NCBI GenBank assembly: GCA_965214935.1
Contig: CBDCCS010000021.1
Span: forward strand, 192,001 to 256,000
Reading direction: 5' to 3'
Length of the DNA stretch: 64,000 nucleotides
Source of the DNA: Candidatus Velthaea sp.
GTDB lineage: Bacteria > Vulcanimicrobiota > Vulcanimicrobiia > Vulcanimicrobiales > Vulcanimicrobiaceae
Made by a program: the position numbers and the translations under genes. The notes beneath the pieces were generated by a model. That model ran no database searches. It was not told the DNA's origin and was given only the letters and a program-made list of their open reading frames with translations. Shown here in pieces: positions 11,911 through 21,409 of this stretch. Position 1 is the stretch's first letter, and the number at the start of each line of letters is the position of its first letter.

Positions 11911-12495
11911 CTACTCGAGCAGACCCTTCGTCGACAGAATCTCATCGCTGCCGCTGCGTGTTTTAGCTTGCTTGAACGCCCGAGCAAACGCTTTAAACGA
12001 CGCTTCACATAGATGATGCGCAACATCGCCGTTCATTTGCACTAAATGTAGATTAAAGCGTCCGTTGTCCGCAACGGCGCGAAAAAATTCGCGAATCATT
12101 TCGGTCTTCAAATCGCCAAGGTTCTCAGCCGGAAACCGGACCTGAAAATTGAGGTACGAACGGCCGGAAAGATCGACGCTGCACGCAACGAGCGCATCAT
12201 CGAGCGGAACCATGACCGACCCATAACGCTCGATGCCCCGCTTGTCGCCCAGCGCATCGTAGATCGCTTTGCCCAGTGCAATGCCGACATCTTCAATGAG
12301 GTGGTGGTGATCCATACCATCGCCGCGTCCGACGACGATCAGACCGCAACCGCTATGCTTGGCAAATGCGTCGAGCATGTGATCGAGGAACTTCACATCG
12401 GTCGAGATCTCGACCGGTCCGCCGTCGAGTTCGAGTCGCAGATCGATCTGCGTTTCTTTGGTCGTTCGCTCGATTGACGAGCGGCGGCCGATCAC
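11911..12495 (-). CDS. hisB: imidazoleglycerol-phosphate dehydratase
   Basis: RTTKETQI, FLDHML, DHHHLIEDVGI, HHLCEASFKAF, STKG; GTG 12495 overlaps the citrate synthase TGA. Confidence 0.95.
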   Translation of the reverse strand: MIGRRSSIERTTKETQIDLRLELDGGPVEISTDVKFLDHMLDAFAKHSGCGLIVVGRGDGMDHHHLIEDVGIALGKAIYDALGDKRGIERYGSVMVPLDDALVACSVDLSGRSYLNFQVRFPAENLGDLKTEMIREFFRAVADNGRFNLHLVQMNGDVAHHLCEASFKAFARAFKQAKTRSGSDEILSTKGLLE

Positions 12496-13682
12496 AGCCG
12501 CGCGCCGTTGAGCGATGCGCTGTACGCCGAACTGCCGTTGCGGTGATTGATCGGCTCGAACGGATGAACGTCCGGCCCGACATACGTCGCCTGCGGGCGA
12601 ATCAGGCGATTCTCCTGAGCTTGCTCGAGCACGTGCGCACACCAGCCCGCCATCCGGCCACTGGCAAACATGCAGGTGAATTCGTCGCTGGGAATACCAA
12701 GACTCGACAATGTCGGCGCCGTGTAAAACTCGACGTTGGCGTAGATGCGCTTGCCGGGTTTGACCTCGTGCAGCACTTTGTTCGACGCGTCTTCCAGAGC
12801 GCGTGCGATCAAGTACCACTTCGTGTGTGATTTCTCGGTGAGATTCTTCGCCATCGTTTCAAGATGCTGTGCGCGCGGGTCGCGAATCTTGTACTCGCGA
12901 TGCCCCATACCCATGATTTTTTCGCCGCGATCGAGCAGTGCACGCACGTAGGGCTCGGCCTTTTCCGGTAAGCCGATTTCTTCGAGCATCGTCATGACTT
13001 TGCTCGGTGCACCACCGTGTAAGTCACCGGCCAGCGTCGCGACGGCGCTGGTCATTGCACCGTAGATATCGGCGTTCGTCGACGCCGTTACGCGTGCGGC
13101 AAAGGTCGACGCGTTATACGAATGGTCGGCGAGCAGCACGAAGTATGTGTCGAGCGCGCGCTCGGCTTCGTAAATCGGCTTTTCCCCGCTGCGCATCCAC
13201 AAGAAATTTGCGGCTAACCGCAGCTTGTTATCCGGTGCGATCGGTTCCAGACCGCGCCGAATGCGATCCCAAGCGGCGATGATCGTCGGTGTTTTTGCAA
13301 TCAGATTGATCGCCGCATCGACATCCGAGGCGTGCGACCCGTCACGCCGGTGCGAAACGAAATGCGCGAGCGCCGAGATCGACGTGCGCAAAACGTCCAT
13401 CGGCCAGGCATCCTTGGGGATCGCGTGCATGATCGCGACCAGCGCCGAAGGCAGCGGCCGCGCTTCAGTGAGTTTCGCGGCTAAGTCATGTAATTCGGAG
13501 TGCGTCGGCAAGCGACCGTAAAGCAGCAAGTGCACGACTTCCTCGAACGTCGCATTCACGGCGAGGTCGTCGATGTCGTAGCCGCGGTAAGTCAGCCGGC
13601 CGATCTGACCTTCGACATTACTAAGAACGGTTTCGCCGACAACGACGCCTTCAAGACCGCGATCGACCAATACACCAGCCAT
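12492..13682 (-). CDS. citrate synthase / 2-methylcitrate synthase family (CitA-like)
   Basis: GLEGVVVGET, ADHSYNASTF, GDLHGGA, MGMGHREY, DPRA, NVEFY, LIRP; ATG 13682. Confidence 0.92.
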   Translation of the reverse strand: MAGVLVDRGLEGVVVGETVLSNVEGQIGRLTYRGYDIDDLAVNATFEEVVHLLLYGRLPTHSELHDLAAKLTEARPLPSALVAIMHAIPKDAWPMDVLRTSISALAHFVSHRRDGSHASDVDAAINLIAKTPTIIAAWDRIRRGLEPIAPDNKLRLAANFLWMRSGEKPIYEAERALDTYFVLLADHSYNASTFAARVTASTNADIYGAMTSAVATLAGDLHGGAPSKVMTMLEEIGLPEKAEPYVRALLDRGEKIMGMGHREYKIRDPRAQHLETMAKNLTEKSHTKWYLIARALEDASNKVLHEVKPGKRIYANVEFYTAPTLSSLGIPSDEFTCMFASGRMAGWCAHVLEQAQENRLIRPQATYVGPDVHPFEPINHRNGSSAYSASLNGARL

Positions 13683-13896
13683 ACGCGAGAATTCGTGAGG
13701 TAATCCGGGCGCTCCCGTAGGCGTATCGCCGGTCGCGCATGCCGTGGCCGGCACGATCTTCGGATCGCTGTCGCCCAGGGAGAACGGCGAGATAGAGAGA
13801 GCCGCGTCGTTCGAGCGAGAGCGGAGGGCCTTTTCCTTTTCTCCCTTTTAGAGCAGAATTTGTTCCATCGCAGCTCGTTGTGAGTGGAGGTCGGCT

Positions 13897-14325
13897 ATGG
13901 TCTCGGGCGGCAACGCAACCATCATCGTTGCGGACATGGAAGAATCCATCCGGTTTTATACCGAAGTGTTGGGTCTGAAACTTACCAGTCGCTTTGGTGA
14001 CGACTGGGCAACGGTACGTGCCGGTGAAGGGCTGACGATCGGCATCCACCCGAAATCGCCCAAATATCCGAACCCCGGTACGAAAGGGTCGATCATCGTC
14101 GGCCTCGAGATCGATCTGCCGATCGAAGAGGCCGTGTCTCGCTTAGCTGGGCACGCTGTGTCGATCAAGGGCGATATCGTTCGCGGCGATGGTGGTAACT
14201 TCGCCAATCTCGAAGATCCCGATGGAAACCAAATCTATCTGTGGCAACTGGAAACGTTCGAGCGTCCCGCATCGGAATTGGCCGAATCGCGCGCGACCAG
14301 AGCCGCATCGGCGACCGCTAGATAA
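13897..14325 (+). CDS. VOC/glyoxalase family protein
   Basis: VADMEESIRFYTEVLGL...EDPDGNQI; GGAGG SD. Confidence 0.88.
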   Translation: MVSGGNATIIVADMEESIRFYTEVLGLKLTSRFGDDWATVRAGEGLTIGIHPKSPKYPNPGTKGSIIVGLEIDLPIEEAVSRLAGHAVSIKGDIVRGDGGNFANLEDPDGNQIYLWQLETFERPASELAESRATRAASATAR

Positions 14326-14353
14326 GCCGATCGGTTTGTCGCCGAGCGCCGCG

Positions 14354-15277
14354 TTAAACCAGCGCGGTTCGTGCCGATGCATACTGCACGAGCCGCTCGA
14401 TGAGCGCGTCGTACGAAATCCCCGCGTGCTGTGCTTCGTCGGGTAATAACGACTGCGGCGTCAAGCCCGGTAACGCATTCACTTCGAGAATATACGGGCG
14501 ACCTTCTTTGGTGACGATGAAATCGGTGCGCGAATAGTCGCGCAGTCCGATCAGCCGATGCACCGAGAGTGCCAGCATTTGCAGCCGCGATGTAAGGTCG
14601 CGATCGATCGGCGCCGGAACGAGATGCCGGGCGCCGCCCGGCGTGTACTTTGCTTCGTACGAAAATAACTCGTCGGCCGCTAAAATTTCGACGACAGGCA
14701 GCGCGTCTTCACCCAGCACGCCGCACGAAAACTCGCGGCCGGCAATGTATTCCTCGGCCAGCAGCGCTTGCGTGCGAGAAGCCGCGGCGATCATCGTGCG
14801 CGTCCACTCTTCATGCGTTCGCACGATCGAAACACCGGCGCTCGAACCGCTCGCGCGCGGTTTGACGACGATCGGCGGGTTGAGCGAACCCGGCAGCAAC
14901 GGCAGCGTTCCGCCCGACAGATCGAAGGTGTCCCACGCGGGGGTCGGCAGGCCTTCGGCAGCCATGAGTTTTTTGGTCAAATGCTTGTCGAGCGAAAGCG
15001 CACATCCGGTAATATCGCTGCCCGTATACGGAATGCCGAGCCACTCGAGGACGCCCTGGATTTGCCCGTCTTCACCGCACGTCCCGTGCAGCGCGTTAAA
15101 GACGATGTCCGGTGCAATCTCGCGCACCGCATCGACAAAACGGCGGTCGAAATCGAGCGATTGCGCCTCGTAACCAAGCGTGACGAGGGCGCGCAGCACG
15201 CCCGTCCCGCTTGCAATTGAGACCTCGCGTTCGTCGCTCGGTCCGCCCATGACCACCGCTATTTTCAACTTGGCCAT
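14354..15277 (-). CDS. ddl: D-alanine--D-alanine ligase
   Basis: GGPSDEREVS, ALHGTCGEDG, SYEAKY, LEVNALPG; ATG 15277. Confidence 0.96.
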   Translation of the reverse strand: MAKLKIAVVMGGPSDEREVSIASGTGVLRALVTLGYEAQSLDFDRRFVDAVREIAPDIVFNALHGTCGEDGQIQGVLEWLGIPYTGSDITGCALSLDKHLTKKLMAAEGLPTPAWDTFDLSGGTLPLLPGSLNPPIVVKPRASGSSAGVSIVRTHEEWTRTMIAAASRTQALLAEEYIAGREFSCGVLGEDALPVVEILAADELFSYEAKYTPGGARHLVPAPIDRDLTSRLQMLALSVHRLIGLRDYSRTDFIVTKEGRPYILEVNALPGLTPQSLLPDEAQHAGISYDALIERLVQYASARTALV

Positions 15278-15367
15278 GCACTCCATCCGTCGGTCCGCAG
15301 CCGCAAGCCGTCAGCTTCGCGTCGTCCACCGGCGTTCCGCCTTCGTGCGAACCGGGCACGCTTGCGC

Positions 15368-16303
15368 TCAAACGTCGATGAACTCTCCAACCAAATGCAC
15401 TTCGAGTTGCAGATCGACGTTGCACGTATCGCGTACGGCGCGCCGTACGCGTGCAAGCAGCATCGTGACGTCACGTGCTTTCGCGCCGGCGTCGTTTACG
15501 ATGAAGTTCGCGTGCAGCGGCGATACCTCGGCGCCGCCGACCCGCCAGCCTTTTGCGCCGACCGATTCGATGAGCGCACCGGCTTTGGCACCGGGCGGAT
15601 TGCGAAAACACGAGCCGGCATTGGGCGTGCCGACGGGCTGTGTCTGTTTGCGGCGGACCAGCCGTGCCTGCATGCGTGCCCGGACGTCGCCGGCATCGCC
15701 GCGCTCGAATCCAAGCGTAACGCCGGCAACGATCGCATCACGCGCGAGCGTTGTGTGCCGGTAGTAATATTGCACGCTTACCGGATGGGCGTGCGGTTTG
15801 GTCGCGCTATGCACCCAGACTTCGCGTACGAACTCACCGAATTCGCGGTCGGTGCCTGCATTCATGAAGAGCGCGCCGCCGACGGTACCCGGAATTCCGG
15901 CAAGTGACTCGATACCGAGCGCCCCGCGCGAAGCGGCTTGCGCCGCGAGCAACGCCATTTGCGCCGACGCGCCGGCTTGCACGACAACATCGTCGCCGTC
16001 ATCTTTCACACGCAGCGCATTGAATTCACCGTCGAGCCGCACGACCAGACCGCGAATTCCGCCGTCGCCGATAAGAATGTTTGAACCGAGGCCAAGCACG
16101 AACCACGGCAGCTTGCGCCGGAAGCAGTACGCTAAGACGAACGCGACATCGGCGCTCGACTCCAATGTGACGAGCGCATCGGCCGGACCGCCGATTTGCC
16201 ACCACGTCAAGGGCGCGAGAGGCGCATCGAAAGAAACGCGTTCGCCGAAGCGCGCGCCTAACGCCGCGCGGTCTTCGCCGTCAAGCAGACTACGCAGCGT
16301 CAG
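15368..16303 (-). CDS. murB: UDP-N-acetylenolpyruvoylglucosamine reductase
   Basis: IGGPAD, GLGSNIL, GIPGTVGGALFMNAG, NAGSCFRNP, HANFIVN. The frame stays open upstream of TTG 16210 to a CTG at 16303 that overlaps the murC TGA; start inferred. Confidence 0.92.
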   Translation of the reverse strand: MTLRSLLDGEDRAALGARFGERVSFDAPLAPLTWWQIGGPADALVTLESSADVAFVLAYCFRRKLPWFVLGLGSNILIGDGGIRGLVVRLDGEFNALRVKDDGDDVVVQAGASAQMALLAAQAASRGALGIESLAGIPGTVGGALFMNAGTDREFGEFVREVWVHSATKPHAHPVSVQYYYRHTTLARDAIVAGVTLGFERGDAGDVRARMQARLVRRKQTQPVGTPNAGSCFRNPPGAKAGALIESVGAKGWRVGGAEVSPLHANFIVNDAGAKARDVTMLLARVRRAVRDTCNVDLQLEVHLVGEFIDV

Positions 16304-17700
16304 CGAGCAGCGACCGGCAACGCCGCGCTCTCGATCGCCGCACCTAAGCGATGGGCGGCCGCGGATATCGATCCGGCGCCGAGCATTAGGATGCAGGCTC
16401 GCGGCGGAGCGGCGGCGCGGATCGCCCGTTCGAGATCGTCGACATCGGCATACGTCACGGGCGTTCCACCGGCGGCAAGCGGTTCGCCGATCAACGCTTC
16501 GGTCACGCCCGGCAGCGGTGCTTCCGCGGCGGCGTAAATCGGCGTGAGGAAGACACGATCGGCGCCGCCGAGCGCGCGCGCGAAATCGGCCGCGAGGTAC
16601 GCCGTGCGCGTATAGCGATGCGGCTGAAACGCAACGATCAGCGTTCCGTCGGTCACGTGCCGCGCGGCCGCGATCGTCTGAGCGACAGCCGTCGGGTGAT
16701 GCGCGTAATCGTCGATGACGACGAGCGATTCGCAGCGCCCGACCACTTCAAAGCGCCGCCGCACGCCGTGAAACCCGCGCAGGGCCGCCGCGATCGTCGC
16801 GAAACCGATACGCGCGGCGCGCGCGACGGCGATTGCCGCCAACGCATTTTGCACATTGATGACGCCGGGCACGGAGAGCGCGATATGGGCGGACGGCGAT
16901 CCGCGCTCGCAAAGCGTGAACGTCGCACACGCTCCATCGTAGCGGATATCGCTTGCCGTGATGTCTGCCGGCCCTCCGGCGGCGAACGTCACCACGCGCG
17001 CGTCGATGCGCCGCTCGACGAGTTGGGCGCTGCGCACGTTATCGGTACCGACGATCGCACAACCGGCGGGCGGTAATTTTGCAATGAAGGTTGCGAACTG
17101 TTCGATGAGCCGCGGCATGTCGGCGTCGCTGGCAATGTGATCGTTTTCAATGTTCGTGACGACCGCAATTTGCGGCGAGAGCCGTAAAAACGATCCGTCG
17201 CTTTCATCGCTCTCGGTAATGAACCACGGTCCGGCGCCGCGTCGCGCGTTCGAGCGCCAGTCGACGGGCTGCCCGCCGACCGCGACGGTCGGGTCGAGGC
17301 CGGCTGCCTCAAAGATAAGCGCGATCATCGCCGTCGTCGTCGTTTTCCCGTGCGTTCCGGCTACGGCGATCGTCGGGGTGTCGCCGATGATGCGAGCGAG
17401 CATTTCACCGCGGCGCACGATCGGAATTCCAAGCCGCTGCGCTTCGAGCAACTCCGCGTTGTCGCCGCGGATCGCACTCGAAACAATCATGGTGCCGGCT
17501 CCGGCGACGTGCTCGGCGCGATGGCCGATCGCAATGGATGCGCCTTCGGCGAGTAAGTCGTTGACGAGCCGGCTCGGTTTTTCATCCGACCCCGTCACCG
17601 TTTCGCCACGCGCAAGCAGTAAGCGAGCGATGGCACTCATCCCGATACCGCCGATGCCAACCAAATGGTACGACGACGATCCGCTTGCTGCCTCAGTCAC
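16300..17700 (-). CDS. murC: UDP-N-acetylmuramate--L-alanine ligase
   Basis: HLVGIGGIGMSA, AGTHGKTTTT, ESDESDGSFL, DDYAHHPT, FQPHRYTR; GTG 17700. Confidence 0.96.
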   Translation of the reverse strand: MTEAASGSSSYHLVGIGGIGMSAIARLLLARGETVTGSDEKPSRLVNDLLAEGASIAIGHRAEHVAGAGTMIVSSAIRGDNAELLEAQRLGIPIVRRGEMLARIIGDTPTIAVAGTHGKTTTTAMIALIFEAAGLDPTVAVGGQPVDWRSNARRGAGPWFITESDESDGSFLRLSPQIAVVTNIENDHIASDADMPRLIEQFATFIAKLPPAGCAIVGTDNVRSAQLVERRIDARVVTFAAGGPADITASDIRYDGACATFTLCERGSPSAHIALSVPGVINVQNALAAIAVARAARIGFATIAAALRGFHGVRRRFEVVGRCESLVVIDDYAHHPTAVAQTIAAARHVTDGTLIVAFQPHRYTRTAYLAADFARALGGADRVFLTPIYAAAEAPLPGVTEALIGEPLAAGGTPVTYADVDDLERAIRAAAPPRACILMLGAGSISAAAHRLGAAIESAALPVAAR

Positions 17701-18859
17701 GGGCAACTCCGTTCGATTCGAGCGCAACGTTACCCCGCGGCGGAAGCAGTGCACTCACGCGCGCGACGATGGTTGTGACGGCATCCACCGGAACGAGGCG
17801 CGCAGCGGCGGCGCGCATCGACGATAGCCGCTCGCTGTCAAGCAACGCCTTGAGCGTCGTCAAAAGTGTCTCGGCGCTGCATTCGCTATCGGACACGACG
17901 ACGGCAGCTCCGGCGGCGGCAACGAGCACGGCGTTTTTGGTCTGGTGGTCGTCCGCGGCGAACGGATACGGCACGAGGATCGCGGGCGTTGCCGTCACGC
18001 AGAGTTCGGCCAGCGTCGAGGCGCCCGCGCGCGCGATCATGACGTCGGCGGCAGCATACGCATCGACGGGATCGTCGAGATAAGCGACGAGCCGGATACG
18101 ATTGCCGGCGGCCGGAGCTTTTTCACGCACACGCGTCACGAGATAATCGCGCTCTCCGCTCACGTGCAGAATTTGCCAGGTTGCCGGCAGCGAGTATTGC
18201 GTTATCAACGTCGCTACCGCTTCGTTGATCGTTCGCGCGCCTTGCGAACCGCCCATTACCACGATCGTTGCCCGATCGCCGTCCAAGCCGATTGCGCGCC
18301 GGGCTGTCGCTGCCGGCCGTAATTGCTTGAAGCCGCCGCGGACCGGCGTTCCGGTAAGCACGGTTTTCAAACCAAAGTAGCGTTGCGAATCGGCGTACGT
18401 CGTCCAGACCTCATCGACGAGCGGCGCCAGCAACCGGTTTGTCAGCCCCGGCTGCGCATTAATTTCAAGCAGCGCGATGCGGCATGCAAGCAGACCGAAC
18501 CAGCACAGCAATCGCGCCGCAACAACGACCGGAAAACACACGTAACCGCCGGTCGCGATGAGCACCATCGGGCGGTACCTTCGCAGCGCCCCGAGCGCCG
18601 TTATTACACCGGCCACGTTTTGCCACAAAATCGACAACAACGCGAACGACAATGCGCGCCGAAGCGGAGCGCTTGCAACAAAGATAAGCGGGATCGTCTG
18701 AACGAGTTTCGCTTCAAGCCCGGTCCGATTGCCGAAGTAGCGGCGGTCGTACCGTTCGCCGGCGAACGCGCGTTGCAACGCATCGTCGATCGCGAGCGCC
18801 GGATAGATATGGCCGCCCGTGCCGCCGCCGGCGAACGCAATGCGGATGCGCGCGCTCAC
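17693..18859 (-). CDS. murG: lipid I N-acetylglucosaminyltransferase
   Basis: AGGGTGGHIYP, TGGYV, GGSQGA, RAGASTLAE, DHQTKNA; GTG 18859 overlaps the ftsW stop. Confidence 0.96.
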   Translation of the reverse strand: MSARIRIAFAGGGTGGHIYPALAIDDALQRAFAGERYDRRYFGNRTGLEAKLVQTIPLIFVASAPLRRALSFALLSILWQNVAGVITALGALRRYRPMVLIATGGYVCFPVVVAARLLCWFGLLACRIALLEINAQPGLTNRLLAPLVDEVWTTYADSQRYFGLKTVLTGTPVRGGFKQLRPAATARRAIGLDGDRATIVVMGGSQGARTINEAVATLITQYSLPATWQILHVSGERDYLVTRVREKAPAAGNRIRLVAYLDDPVDAYAAADVMIARAGASTLAELCVTATPAILVPYPFAADDHQTKNAVLVAAAGAAVVVSDSECSAETLLTTLKALLDSERLSSMRAAAARLVPVDAVTTIVARVSALLPPRGNVALESNGVARD

Positions 18860-20019
18860 CGGAAGGGATCCGCAGCGCGATGCCGCCCGACATTGATGAT
18901 CAGGGCCGTTGCAACGAGCGACACGACCAGTGATGTTCCGCCGAAGGAAACAAACGGCAACGGCACGCCGGTGACCGGCCAAGACGACGTGACGACACCG
19001 ATATTGACGAACGCCTGAATGACGATGAGCAGCGTGCAGCCGAACGCCAACAGCATCCCGAACCGGTCGGGCGCGCCGACGGCGATACGCACGGCGCGAA
19101 AGGCAAAGAGCACGAACAGCGCGATGACGCCGAACGCACCGATCAAGCCTAGTTCCTCGCCGAGAATGGCAAAGATAAAATCGGTGTATTGTTCGGGCAG
19201 GTAGAAGAACTTTTGTCGCGATGCGCCTAAACCGAGGCCCCACAACCCGCCGCTGCCCAATGCAAGTAACGATTGCACGATGTGAAAACCGGTATTCTGT
19301 GAATCACGCCACGGATCGATGAAGGCAAAAATACGGGCGCGTTTATAGGCGGACGAACCGATCGATAAAGCGACGACCGGCAGCATCGACAGCGCACACA
19401 TGCCGAGATGCTCGTAGCGCGCGCCGGCACAAAAGAGCATACCGAACGCCGTGAAGACCAGCAAACTCGCGGTTCCCATATCCGGTTGCAGCAGTATCGG
19501 GATCGCCAGTGCGCAGGTCACGAGCAAGCAGGGCACCACCCCGCGGACGAGCGATCGCGCGCGTTCGCCCAGCGTCGATAATTTCGCAGCCAGAAAAATG
19601 ACGAGTGCCGGCTTGGCGCATTCGGACGGCTCGAAGCTGAACGCACCGGCGCCCAGCCAGCGCCGAGCTCCGCCGGAAACCTGGCCGATATGCGGAACGA
19701 GGACGCCGATGAGCGCCGCGACCGTCAGCACGACGACAACCGTTGCGATCGTCCGCAATTTCCGGTAATCGATCCGGTAGGCGAAAAACGCTGCAACGAG
19801 CGCAACGACGAGCCAAACGACTTGGCGCTTGAGATAATACGCCGTGTCGCGGTACGTTGCGTACGCGGTCGCGCTCGATGCGCTGTAAATCATGATGAGA
19901 CCGATGGCGACGAGCGCGGCGGCCGCAGCGAACAGCAGCACGTCGGGCGGCGCGAGCCGGTGCGTTTTGAGCGCAGGCGCCGGGCGCCGCCGAACCTCGG
20001 TGCGGGCGCTACCCAGCAT
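18856..20019 (-). CDS. ftsW: SEDS peptidoglycan polymerase FtsW
   Basis: GARRWL, PSECAK, QPDMGT, LPEQYTDFIFAILGEELG, PVTGVPLPFVSFGGTS. Confidence 0.95.
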   Translation of the reverse strand: MLGSARTEVRRRPAPALKTHRLAPPDVLLFAAAAALVAIGLIMIYSASSATAYATYRDTAYYLKRQVVWLVVALVAAFFAYRIDYRKLRTIATVVVVLTVAALIGVLVPHIGQVSGGARRWLGAGAFSFEPSECAKPALVIFLAAKLSTLGERARSLVRGVVPCLLVTCALAIPILLQPDMGTASLLVFTAFGMLFCAGARYEHLGMCALSMLPVVALSIGSSAYKRARIFAFIDPWRDSQNTGFHIVQSLLALGSGGLWGLGLGASRQKFFYLPEQYTDFIFAILGEELGLIGAFGVIALFVLFAFRAVRIAVGAPDRFGMLLAFGCTLLIVIQAFVNIGVVTSSWPVTGVPLPFVSFGGTSLVVSLVATALIINVGRHRAADPFR

Positions 20020-21409
20020 GCGGTGTCACGACGGCACCGCCTAAATCGCCGACCGCAGCCGCGAAGCGTTCGCCGCGATCTTCCGCCGAGCGAAACATAT
20101 CGAACGAAGCGCAGCCGGGCGATAGCAGCACAACGTCGCCGGGCCCGGCAAGCGCCGCGGCTTTCGAGACGGCCTCCTCCATCGAACCGGCCCGATGCAC
20201 GGCTGCGCGTTTGATCGTGCGTGCGATATCGTCTGCGGCGTCGCCGATCAGCACGACCGCCTTGGTTCTCGACGATGCAACGCGGCCCAGATCGGCGAAC
20301 TCGGTGCCCTTGGCTTTACCGCCGGCGATGAGCACGATCGGCCGGTCGAAAGAACGCAGTGCAGCGATCACCGACCCCGGATTCGTTGCTTTGGAATCGT
20401 CGACGTACGTCACGCCGTCGCGTTCGGCGATTCGTTCGAGCCGGTGCGCGAGCGGCGTGAAATCGCGCACGGCCGCCGCGATCGATTCACGGTCCAGCCC
20501 GGCGGCCAAACCGACGAGGATGGCGCCGAGGACGTTTTCAACGTTGTGCTTACCCTGCAGCGGAATGTCGGCAACTTCCATGATTTCGATCGGTCGCGGA
20601 TCGCCCGTCGGCGGCGCATACACGATAGTTTTCTCATTACGAACGTAGAGCGCGGTATTGCGATGCGGCTCGCCGGCGAACCAGAGCGCGCGGCCTTTGA
20701 TTCGATTCGAATCTTCGCTCGTCAGCGAAGCAATGCGCTCGTCGTCGAGATTGCCCACGAACGTATCGCCCGGGCCTTGATTAGCGAAAATTCGATATTT
20801 CGCTTCGGCGTATTCGTCCATTGAAAAGTAGCGGTCGAGGTGATCGGGTGAGATGTTATTTATCAGCGCCAGCCGCGGTTTGAACGAACGAATCGACTCG
20901 AGTTGAAACGATGAGACCTCGGCGATCACCCAATCGTCGGGTCCGGCGATCGCGGTCTCGGCGATGAGCGCGTTACCGATATTGCCGCCGACATACGTTG
21001 TCTTGTTCGCCCGCCGAAAAATTGCACCCAGAAGTGCTGCCGTGGTCGTTTTACCTTTGGTTCCGGTCACCGCGACGATCGGCGCGCGACAGATCCGGTA
21101 AGCCACTTCGACTTCGCTGAACACCGGGACGCCCGCGCTCTGCACGCGCCGCACGAGTTCTCCGTTGAGCGGTATGCCCGGCGAAAGAACGGCGGCGCTC
21201 ACGTTGGGCAACACCTCGCCCAATGCGGCGGGCGCGATAAACGGTACGCCCAGCGTTGCCGCGTCGACCGCCGGATCTTCATCGGTTGCATACACCGCCG
21301 CGACGCGCGGCTTGAGAACGGCGATCGACGCACGCCCGCTGCGGCCGACACCGATGATAAGAACGCGTTCGTTCCGATCGAACAGCCCGCTGTGGATCGG
21401 AGGATTCAT
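20009..21409 (-). CDS. murD: UDP-MurNAc-L-Ala--D-glutamate ligase
   Basis: GVGRSG, TGTKGKTTT, EVSSFQLE, PDHLDRY, DDSKATN, LSPGCASFD; ATG 21409. Confidence 0.96.
   Translation of the reverse strand: MNPPIHSGLFDRNERVLIIGVGRSGRASIAVLKPRVAAVYATDEDPAVDAATLGVPFIAPAALGEVLPNVSAAVLSPGIPLNGELVRRVQSAGVPVFSEVEVAYRICRAPIVAVTGTKGKTTTAALLGAIFRRANKTTYVGGNIGNALIAETAIAGPDDWVIAEVSSFQLESIRSFKPRLALINNISPDHLDRYFSMDEYAEAKYRIFANQGPGDTFVGNLDDERIASLTSEDSNRIKGRALWFAGEPHRNTALYVRNEKTIVYAPPTGDPRPIEIMEVADIPLQGKHNVENVLGAILVGLAAGLDRESIAAAVRDFTPLAHRLERIAERDGVTYVDDSKATNPGSVIAALRSFDRPIVLIAGGKAKGTEFADLGRVASSRTKAVVLIGDAADDIARTIKRAAVHRAGSMEEAVSKAAALAGPGDVVLLSPGCASFDMFRSAEDRGERFAAAVGDLGGAVVTPHAG

Noticed and set aside
11911..12819. 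Long N-terminal extensions in track ORFs for hisB (also murG, mraY, murD, Crp, GNAT, polA, LptC-like)
   Set aside because: They overlap upstream genes; each has a better start at a stop/start overlap where family similarity begins.
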